Translations under genes and position numbers: made by a program | The notes under the pieces: model-generated | The model's database searches: none | Told to the model about the DNA's origin: nothing | Seen by the model: the letters and a program-made list of their open reading frames with translations, nothing else | Assembly (NCBI GenBank): GCA_964019425.1 | Contig: OZ025790.1 | Span: 1,364,001 to 1,428,000, forward strand | DNA: 64,000 bases | Reading direction: 5' to 3' | Source: Flectonema sp. DT1601 | Taxonomy: Eukaryota | Part shown: positions 25,627 through 34,277 of the stretch, piece after piece | Layout: the number at the start of each line of letters is the position of its first letter | How positions within the stretch are numbered: position 1 is the first letter of the stretch

Positions 25627-26356
25627 TGTTCAACAATCACTTCCGTTAACCTTTCAGGTCTTAGTAGTGTTTCCAGTTCAGTTATTAAAAGACTTTCTCG
25701 GAAGTTACAAAAAAGGAACTGTTACGGTGACGTAGTCAAGTGGAGCTCAATCGGGTGTTGTAATTGAGGGGATGTGAGCAATATTATCTCATGTCATTTA
25801 TTTATTTCTCTACTCAATAATGTCAAAGTTTGTTACTGTTTTTACATTAAGAAGATCGTCACATCAATGTTTTAGAAGCAGATGCTCTCGGGGGGGCAGA
25901 CGCTTAAGAAGATTGAGAGTAGCAGATCATCACTCCACTTGGGTAGATAATACCACAGTCTGTGATGCTTTTAGATAAAAGATGTGTGTTCGCTCACACA
26001 TTCTTATCAAGTGTTTACTGGTTGCCATTGACCACCTTTTATTTTTAAAGTGTTCCCATTCCCTGGCATGGGTAATCACAAAAGCTAAACCCTGCTGATG
26101 TCCCTTCCCGAGAGGAAGTCTCCAACAGAAAGAGGCAGACAGTTTAGATACTAAGTAGTGACCTTGATAGTTTTATAATGCGAGTTAATTTACATTTTCT
26201 TTCTTCTTTGTCAAATGGCTGCATTTTTGAATCGATTCTTGATTTTTCACTTATTTTTTTTTTTTTTTCAAATATTGTAAAGAGTCTTGAGAGAAAGTTT
26301 GGACCCCATTATTTTATTTAGGAAAATTCTCCGTTGCCTACATAAAAAAAGTTGGG

Positions 26357-27746
26357 AAAACCTCTAATTCCACGTAAATGTTACTGAAATGTCCGATTTC
26401 AACATGAAAGTTTCCGAAACGGACAGCTCCACACAAAAAAGTTTCCGAAATGGACAGCTCCACACAAAATAGTTTCCGAAATGGACAGCTCCACACACGA
26501 AAGTTTCCGAAATGGACAGCAAAAAAAAATTTTTTTTTTTTTGTTGGCAAAATGAATTTTTTTTTTTTTTTTTCTCCGTTGCCTGCACCCAAAAAAACTT
26601 TTCGCTAGTGAACAACTTTTTTTTTCCCGCATAAAATTGCTATGGTAGGTAATTTCATTTTCGCTGTTCAGTAAACGGAAAGGTTTTTCTTTCGCTATTC
26701 ACTGAAAGTAATATTCGGATTTTTCGCTGTTCGGTAAGAAAACAAGGTTTTTCTTCGTTCCCAAATACACCGGGATGGCCGAGATGGGTTGGTTCTCAAT
26801 GAGGGAAGGAGTAATTTAAGGTAAAGCAAGTGCTGTAATTACAACTAATACGTGCAGGGCCTGAATCAACCTCTTAGTACTCCCTTTTCAACAGGTGACA
26901 TAATAATATATACTAGTAGCTCGCTAATCAAGTGAAAGTTAGTAGCGGAGTAGTTCGGCTGATTGAATCTTTAGAAAAGTGTTCCGTGGGCTACTTTCAC
27001 AGAAACTCCGAAAGGACAGTACTGTGTGGCTCAGTGAGGTGATCTCAGACTTGAGAACACTAAATGGTTTCGCCACTCCACAGCTATTCATGTCAAGCCC
27101 TAGGCCGCTGATCATGTATACTTGGTTTTTGCGCTCTCATACCTCATCTTGGTTGGTACGACGTGTAGCGGAGACTTGTCTCTGCGTAGGTGACCCGGCC
27201 CTGCACACATACCGAGCTGTATCACTCTTCTAAAGATTCATGATGTTGGATTTCTCTTGTCTCCTATCTGACGCTTGTGATGCACCTCTAGTATTTTAAT
27301 ACACTCTGAACTCTCATGGTTGTATGAGCTGACAAGTCGGGTGTCTCTACCCGAAATTCGTCCATCCCTATACCTGGCCCTGCACACATACCGAGCTATG
27401 CCGATCCAGGGGCGCAGTCAGGCCTAGGCCCAGGTCACACAGGTTCGGTGTATTTCACTCATCTCGTCGGATGGCCTTGCCTTACGTAGGAAAAAAATTT
27501 TTTTTTGGGAGAAAAAAAAATCCCCATGACTTTGGGCGACCCCGAAATGCACTGGCAGTAAGCTATAAAAAAAAAAAAAACAGCTGTCCATTTCGGAAAC
27601 TTTCGTGTGTGGAGCTGTCCGTTTCGGAAACTTTTTTGTGTGGAGCTGTCCATTTCGGAAACTATTTTGTGTGGAGCTGTCCATTTCGGAAACTTTCATG
27701 TTGAGATCGGACATTTCAGAAACTTTTTTGTGGAATTATAGTTTTT
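26357..27746. mobile_element. Foldback-like structure with ~165-bp inverted arms built from ~31-bp subrepeats
   Basis: 26357-26520 (AGTTTCCGAAATGGACAGCTCCACAC x4) is the reverse complement of 27583-27746; no TSD or transposase identified. Confidence 0.6.
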
Positions 27747-28785
27747 CGCTGTTGGGTACCAGCACTTTTTTTTTTTCTGAAAAAAAAAAAAAAAAAAAAA
27801 GGTTATGACCACCGAAATGGCCCAAAATGCACCAAACCTGTGGGAACTGGGGCTCCTCTTACCCGGTTTCCCAACTTGTGACCAAGTATTACTCATACAC
27901 CCATGACCGTAACTTAAAATACAAGAGGTGCATCACAAGCGTCAGACAGAAGTCAAGAGAAATCATTCTCCTAAATTTACTCGAAAGTCGGGGCAATTCG
28001 AACGTCAGCATTCACATTAGCAAGCAACCAGTCCTGAGTACTTAAAGAACCCAATCATTACGTGTATAAGCCACAGTCACACTTAGTATAACGTTAGTAC
28101 AGAGGACACGGATCTGGATCTGCTATGCAGGGAAGTGACTTGAACTCGTTCAACTAATTAATGTGTGCAGATACAAGCGCCGCGAATTGACGGGTCTGAA
28201 GTTATGCTTTCCGAAGAGAGCAACCACCCACGCGAGTATTATTTTGACGCTATAACCTGTGACTTTCAACACATAACAACCAGGGATAATTCTCAGTTAG
28301 GCCGCCGTCACCGTGAAGCTGCTACGAACATAACCCAACAAACAAGCAATTCCTCCAACTTTGTTCATATGTGCAGACACATAGTCAGCTACACACTTGG
28401 AGATTTTCTTAATCTCTTTAAGCTACTATGTTTCCGGCCATCTTAGAGATTGAGAATAAGAGTTCGTAGTAAAAGAGTAAAAGACTGGAGAGAAAAACGT
28501 TTGTGATTAGGCACCTGAACGTTTTACTGAACGAATCATCGTAGGCGAATTAATTTCAGCTATTTGCAAGAACTACAACAAACATTCTACGAAGAACATC
28601 AAAAGAAGAACCTGGCAGCAACGAGCAAAAGCCATCCCCGGATGGCTGGTTCTCTTTAACCGTGCTGGGGGTAGCAAGTAAACAAAAACTCAACAGGGAA
28701 ATCCACCAGTATGTAGATCCCAGTTCTATGGACTACCCAACAATAGCCGCATTCATTTTAAACAAAGCTGGTGCACCGCAGTGTC

Positions 28786-28859
28786 CCCCTTGCTTTCTTC
28801 GCTGAAGAGGGCTGGGTAAGGGGAATGGTCCAAAGAAAGATTGTTTTTAATCTTATCCC
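28786..28859 (+). ncRNA. Decayed compact permuted hammerhead (family A), GAAA segment lost
   Basis: P0 CCCCTTG 28786-92 / TAAGGGG 28817-23; stem I CTTTCTTCG 28793-801 / CAAAGAAAG 28831-39 (1 mismatch); CTGAAGA 28802-08; stem II GGGCTGGG / CTTATCCC (1 mismatch); TGGTC site 28826-30. Confidence 0.6.
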
Positions 28860-29271
28860 TTATCTCCTTTGATTCCATTATTGTTAGAGACATTCTCAAA
28901 GGAGCGACAGACCGGCGATTATCATTCGACCATTTTGACAGACATTTTAAACACCCAGAATATTGTTTTCACATGATTTTAAGAAAAACTCTGCAGGATA
29001 ATAATAATGATAACGACTGTACCATGGCACCCTCGAATGAAGGAATTCTATTCCTCACCAACACTAAGGAAAAGCGCAAGAAAGACGACTACAGCTCCGA
29101 TGAAGGAGAACTCGCACTCGTAATAAAACGAACAGATGTAGAAGAGATAGAACGCTGATCAAAAGCAAATATATGCTAGCCCGTCCTGGCGAGCTCCGAT
29201 GGACATTAAGGAATCAGTTCTTTTGAAATAGACCAATTGATGGATCCGATTTATTAATTAACTGGAATGAG

Positions 29272-29340
29272 GTCCCAAGGAACTTACTGATGAAGGCCTA
29301 AGAGGGACAAGTAGTATAAGATTAAGGCTCCTGAAACTAC
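29272..29340 (+). ncRNA. Candidate hammerhead ribozyme with non-canonical strand order and intact core (family C)
   Basis: P0 GTCCC 29272-76 / GGGAC 29304-08; stem I CTTA 29283-86 / TAAG 29317-20; CTGATGA 29287-93; stem II AGGCCT 29294-99 / AGG-CT-CCT 29325-32; GAAA 29333-36; stem III ACTAC 29336-40 / GTAGT 29311-15; GUA site at 29316. Confidence 0.7.
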
Positions 29341-29453
29341 GTATTCCACAGTGAATTATGGAACAGCAGAACAATGTGTTTTTATATTTCTTTCTTTTTT
29401 TATATTTTAATTTAGTGCACTTTTTTATAATAAACTCATATTCCAACTAAGAA

Positions 29454-30094
29454 CATGAGTGGAACCTTCTTATTTTTTTATAATTCATCCCCCCATGATA
29501 TATTTTATATAAGGGGACACCGCAGTGTCCCCCCTGCTTTCTTCGCTGAAGAGGGGCTGAGCATGAGTGGAACCTTGTTATTTTTTTATTATTCATCCCC
29601 CCATAAACATAACTCAGCCCCACTCATTTTGTTGGTATTCCGCGTTCACTGATATATTTTATATAAGGGGACACCGCAGTGTCCCCCCTGCTTTCTTCGC
29701 TGAAGAGGGCTGAGCATGAGTGGAACCTTGTTATTTTTTTATTATTCATCCCCCCATAAACATAACTCAGCCCCACTCATTTTGTTGGTATTCCGCGTTC
29801 ACTGATATATTTTATATAAGGGGACACCGCAGTGTCCCCCCTGCTTTCTTCGCTGAAGAGGGCTGAGCATGAGTGGAACCTTGTTATTTTTTTATTATTC
29901 ATCCCCCCATAAACATAACTCAGCCCCACTCATTTTGTTGGTATTCCGCGTTCACTGATATATTTATATAAGGGGACACCGCAGTGTCCCCCTTGCTTTC
30001 TTCGCTGAAGAGGGCTAACATGAGTGAAACCTTGTTATTTTTTTATTATTCATCCCCCCATAAACATAACTCAGCCCCACTCATTTTGTTGGTA
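29454..30094 (+). repeat. Tandem array of ~153-bp units (108, 153, 153, 151 bp and a partial unit)
   Basis: Units start CATGAGTG at 29454, 29562, 29715, 29868, 30019; each of the first four contains the hairpin GGGGACAC-CGCA-GTGTCCCC and CTTTCTTCG-CTGAAGA-GGGCT. Confidence 0.95.
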
Positions 30095-30099
30095 TACGT

Positions 30100-30600
30100 A
30101 CGTACGACACCTACGCCCAGCAGCAGCAGTCTTCCCACTACGAAGGACTACAACAGGAGCTGCAGCGCGAGAGAGAGGAGAAGAGCGAGCTACGGGATGC
30201 TCCGAACCCTCCAACAACAACTGGACGGATTGAGAGAAGAACTCAAGGCCCAACATGCTGAGGCGAAGAGGCAGCAGGAAACGGCGGGACGGGAAGCGAG
30301 AGAGATGCAAGAACGTTTCTTGCTAGAACTCGAAGCGCAACACGGAAGTGAAGCAAACGCCACCGGTGAAGCTGCCTCAAGACGGTATGAGGGAGCTGGA
30401 CGCCTCACGCAAGAAGCTGATGAAAGAAATCAATGAAGGGCAGGTAGCCGGACGATCGGCCATCCAAGAGCAGATGGTCCGAGAGGCCGGGAAACTGGCG
30501 CAGACTCAGAAGAGTTGGGAGAACGCAGCACGCAAGGAGCGATCCAGGGTGGATAACCTCTCGCTGGCACCGGAGTATTTGCCAGAGGGATCACGAAGAT
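30100..30600 (+). pseudogene. GC-rich frameshifted coiled-coil coding fragment, possibly from a mobile element
   Basis: Two overlapping helical-looking frames (LRTLQQQLDGLREELKAQH..., MRELDASRKKLMKEINE...); composition differs from the flanks. Confidence 0.4.
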
Positions 30601-30605
30601 TGCAA

Positions 30606-30646
30606 TGGTCCGAAGAAAGATTGTTTTTAATCTTAGCCCGAAACCA
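30606..30646 (+). ncRNA. Cleavage-site/GAAA half of the family A permuted hammerhead
   Basis: TGGTC 30606-10; CGAAGAAAG 30611-19 is the exact complement of CTTTCTTCG in the array; CTTAGCCC 30632-39 pairs with GGGCTGAG or GGGCTAA; GAAACCA 30640-46 pairs with TGGT. Confidence 0.7.
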
Positions 30647-31418
30647 ACTTGTTTGTTGTCCTACGAAATTTTGCTTTTTTTTTTTTGATTGACTGATAAT
30701 TATTAATACTAACTAGCTGGGTCCGGCGCAGTTATGACCTTAAACTGACTGTCATCTTACCTGATCCTTTTGGTTTTCATTTCTTGCTGAGTGATATGGC
30801 TATGTGCTGCCCAAATCTTTTGTGGTGCATTTCTAAAGCTTTTCGGTAAGCCCACAGTACACTTATAATGCTTTGGACAACTGGGGGTGAACGATCTTCG
30901 GTACTGTTCCGTGGTTTTCTATTTTCTTTCGTGGAGTGTGGGCATATGGCACATGTGGTCGTATTATAAAGAAAGATGTATATGAAAGAAAGAAGATTTT
31001 TTATTTTTTTCACCTTCCCCCCACTCCCAGATCGTTTCTCTTTTATTTTCTTTTGTTGTTTACAACCTGTTAGCCTCTGGGCAAGGTGGAGGCTGGAAGT
31101 CGATCACTTCCAGCCAATACTATGAAACTACAATCTTCGCGATTGGGTCCTTACTGATGCGGGCTACCCAGACCCCTCGTAGTCATCAGTTTGTATTTTG
31201 CTAACTAAACTAAACTAACTAATTAAACTCTACTTTTCTTATTCTCACTTTTCTGTTCTAAAATTAATGATACTAACTATTTTAAGCTGTACACGGGCTA
31301 ATAACTAAGAACGCCTTGAGTTATTTATAAGAAAAAAACCTTGTTTACGGTAAAGCAACTCATAAAAAAACCCCCCTTTTTTTAATCATCTCAGTTAATT
31401 TATTAAAAAAAAAAAAGA

Positions 31419-33056
31419 ATGCCTGACGCTGTGAGAGTAATTACCAGAATCCGACCGCTTCAAGAATCAGATGACTATCACTGTTGTGTTCCAGGTGTGT
31501 CTGGAAATAGCGTCATATTAAAAACATCTGATGGAGACCGAGAATACTCGAATGATATTGTTTTTGGTAGTTCTTCAGATCAAAGAGATGTTTTTGGATG
31601 CATAGGTCCAGACGTGATCGATTGTTTATTTGATGGAAGAAACGCATCCGTGATTGCCTACGGTCAAACTGGTAGTGGAAAGACTCATACTATGATAGGA
31701 AGTAAAAAGAATCCAGGAATCATTCCAAACCTTTTGAATAACATATTGGCAAATTGCACTGAGGGATGCTCAGTTCACATTAGAGCTGTTCAGGTTTATA
31801 ATGAACTGGTTTTGGATTTGTTTGACTGTGCTCCGTCAAACAAACGACTGCCTCTGAAGTTGAGGGAAGTGATGAAAGGAGTTTTTGTTCCGGAATCTGC
31901 GACTAGGAAGTTACTGTTACCGGGACAGGCTTTTGAAATTCTTTCGAAAACTTCTCAGAATAGAGAAGTGGCGAAGACTAACATGAATACGAACAGCAGT
32001 AGATCACACACCGTCTATATGATCGATTTGGCTCAAGAAGCACCTGAATTGTGTGGAGAATTAATATCGACGTTATATTTGGTTGACTTAGCTGGGTCTG
32101 AGAACGCTAATCGAAGTGGAGTTACAGGTCCACGTCTACAAGAGACTTCCAACATCAATCGGTCCTTAGCAGCTTTGAAAGGAGTAATGGGAGCACTTGC
32201 AGCAGGTGAAACCTTTACACCGTACAGAGATAGTGTTTTAACAAAGTTACTAAAAGATTGCATGGGTGGAAATGCAAAAACAACATTGCTGTGTTGTGTC
32301 TCTTCGTCGAAAGATGATGAAATTGAAACGAGAAGCACTCTCGAGTTTGGATTGTTGTCTCAGAAGGTAACCACGTTCGTTTCAAGAAATATTAGGAAAA
32401 GTTATCCTCAATTAAAAAACGAGATCGATCTAGTTCAGTCAATATTATTAAACCTGCGATCTGACATTTCCGTTTTAGAAAATAAATTACCCACCGAATG
32501 CAACACCATTCGAGGGATTCCTCGTACTTTTATATGTCCGCTGACTTCAGCATTGACACCTAACGTCACCGTTATGAAAGACCCGGTCATCGCCTCGAAC
32601 GGTAAGACGTATGAGTCGGAGGCTTTGAAGAGGAAATGGTTACGGAGTGACTCCAAGGGTGATATCAAACCAGTTGCAGGGATTTTGAATCTCCCTGATC
32701 CGGTCACCGATATGCTGTTTTTTAAAAATAAGAATTGTTGTTCTCAGATTGCTACCTGGAGAATAGAGAGACTTTGGCCTTCTGATGTCCTTCGTTTGGT
32801 ACTGGAATATTCAACACCTGAAATCACACTAGCTAGTAGATTAGTGTGTAGTACATGGGAAAGAGGAACCAAAGAAGAAGAGTTCTGGTCAACAATACTA
32901 CAGCGAGACTATCGTAATTACCCTCCACCATCCAATACTAAACTAGGTTGGAAGTCGTGGATGAGACAATATTTTCGCGCATGTGGATCCAGACCGAAGA
33001 GCTCCGCAGGAACAGGTCGCAGTACTGTTTTTGGTCTTCGATTGGCTGCTCCATAA
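31419..33056 (+). CDS. Kinesin motor domain fused to U-box and F-box-like domains
   Basis: AYGQTGSGKTHT, NTNSSRSH, LVDLAGSE, PYRDSVLTKLL (motor); PRTFICPLT...MKDPVIASNGKTYESEAL (U-box); WPSDVLRLVLEY...SRLVCSTW...EEFW (F-box). Confidence 0.9.
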   Translation: MPDAVRVITRIRPLQESDDYHCCVPGVSGNSVILKTSDGDREYSNDIVFGSSSDQRDVFGCIGPDVIDCLFDGRNASVIAYGQTGSGKTHTMIGSKKNPGIIPNLLNNILANCTEGCSVHIRAVQVYNELVLDLFDCAPSNKRLPLKLREVMKGVFVPESATRKLLLPGQAFEILSKTSQNREVAKTNMNTNSSRSHTVYMIDLAQEAPELCGELISTLYLVDLAGSENANRSGVTGPRLQETSNINRSLAALKGVMGALAAGETFTPYRDSVLTKLLKDCMGGNAKTTLLCCVSSSKDDEIETRSTLEFGLLSQKVTTFVSRNIRKSYPQLKNEIDLVQSILLNLRSDISVLENKLPTECNTIRGIPRTFICPLTSALTPNVTVMKDPVIASNGKTYESEALKRKWLRSDSKGDIKPVAGILNLPDPVTDMLFFKNKNCCSQIATWRIERLWPSDVLRLVLEYSTPEITLASRLVCSTWERGTKEEEFWSTILQRDYRNYPPPSNTKLGWKSWMRQYFRACGSRPKSSAGTGRSTVFGLRLAAP

Positions 33057-33074
33057 AGCAGTAGTTGTTAAGAT

Positions 33075-33244
33075 TGCCTAGATAGGACGAAGCCGAGGGA
33101 AGCCATTGCGGTGTTGACGTGCAAATCGCTCGTCAAAGCTGGGTATAGGGGCGAAAGACCCATCGAACCATCTAGTAGCTGGTTCACTCCGAAGTTTCCC
33201 TCAGGATAGCTGGAACCATAAAAGGAGTTACGCCTAATGATTAC
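33075..33244 (+). rRNA. Isolated, internally deleted fragment of cytosolic LSU rRNA (pseudogene)
   Basis: TGACGTGCAAATCG...TGGGTATAGGGGCGAAAGACCCATCGAACCATCTAGTAGCTGGTTC...CCGAAGTTTCCCTCAGGATAGCTGG is conserved eukaryotic 28S sequence; no other rDNA nearby. Confidence 0.9.
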
Positions 33245-34277
33245 TGGAAGGTGGCTCCTGTTTCCAAAAGAAGAGGACGGCAAGACTTTCATTGCCGTCG
33301 ATCCGATTGGCTGCTCCGCAAGTTTACGTTTTGTGCCAAAACTCTGTTGAAACAAGCAATTGAAAACTCGTATTTGACGAGTTTTTTTTTTCTTTTCTTT
33401 TTCTGTCATATTTGTTCGTTCAGATTTACTCTGTCTCTCTCTTTTTTTTTTTTTTTTTTTTTTTCCCTAGCCTAAAAAAAACCGGTGGCCAACCAACCAG
33501 CCAACAGCAAAAAAAAAAAAAAAAACTAATTTTATGGTGGCTGCTTTCCCTCTCACACGACTAGCTTGATGTTTTCTTTTTTTTTTTTAAATTTTGACAA
33601 ACCCTTTACTTGATAATACGTTATCAATTTAACCCTACCCGGTGGTGTTTTTTTCTCCTTTTTTTTTTTTTTTTTAGTCACCCACTACACTCTGTGATGT
33701 TATAATTTTGCTTAATCAAGCTATTCGTATTTGTCGTTCATTTTTCGGAATTATTTTATTCGGGTTATTTCTGATTGCTGATGTTTTTTTTTTAAAATTT
33801 AGACAACAACAACAACAAAACAATAGCACAATGTATGTAATGGAACTTTACGAAATGGTAATGAACATTCTAACCTTTTCGCATAAACATGTTTCTTCTT
33901 CTTCTTCTACTACTACAAATCGGTTTCATTGTTAATTTCGAATCACAAGGATCGTATTTTTTTTTTTTTTTTTGTCCGTGAAAGTGACCATCACTTCATT
34001 ATAAAAAAAAAAAGAAATGTTCATGACACTTGGGTTTGATTGCCAGCTTTCTTCTGTTTCGTTTTTATGATGTAAGAATTATTTTTTTTTCTTCAGATAA
34101 TGAAGTTGTTGACAGCGGTGTACCGTGATGCAGGTACAGACACAAAGGTGTCGACATGGAGACTGGCGCGTAAGGCGGCGGATACATAATTGTGTTTATG
34201 ACTCACTGTCTATATGCATAATAACCACATTAAAAAAAAAAAAAAAAACTTCAGAACACAACAGATGACATCATCGA

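Larger units (their letters stand above)
24303..25777 (+). pseudogene. Disrupted ubiquitin-like + BspA-type LRR gene
   Basis: Paralog of 53457-54599; frameshift near 24760, insertion at 24933, and in-frame TAG (ACGTAG vs ACACAG) near 25733. Confidence 0.85.
24154..26213 (+). repeat. Segmental duplication, paralogous to 53312-55041 (UBL-LRR gene with both flanks)
   Basis: Near-identical 5' flank, coding start and ~430-bp 3' flank; this copy carries an extra ~700-bp insertion and fewer LRRs. Confidence 0.9.

Noticed and set aside
24932..25635. Solo LTR (TG...CA with 6-bp ATCACT duplication)
   Set aside because: A longer duplication (8 bp exact, up to 16 bp imperfect) places the start exactly at the HDV ribozyme G+1, which fits a non-LTR retroposon better
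26400..30094. CRISPR-like arrays (31-bp and 153-bp repeats)
   Set aside because: No unique spacers, no cas genes, eukaryotic context
30777..31013. Minus-strand LINE zinc-finger fragment (CAIC...LWAYRK)
   Set aside because: Single CxxC without the rest of the motif; not supportable without a search
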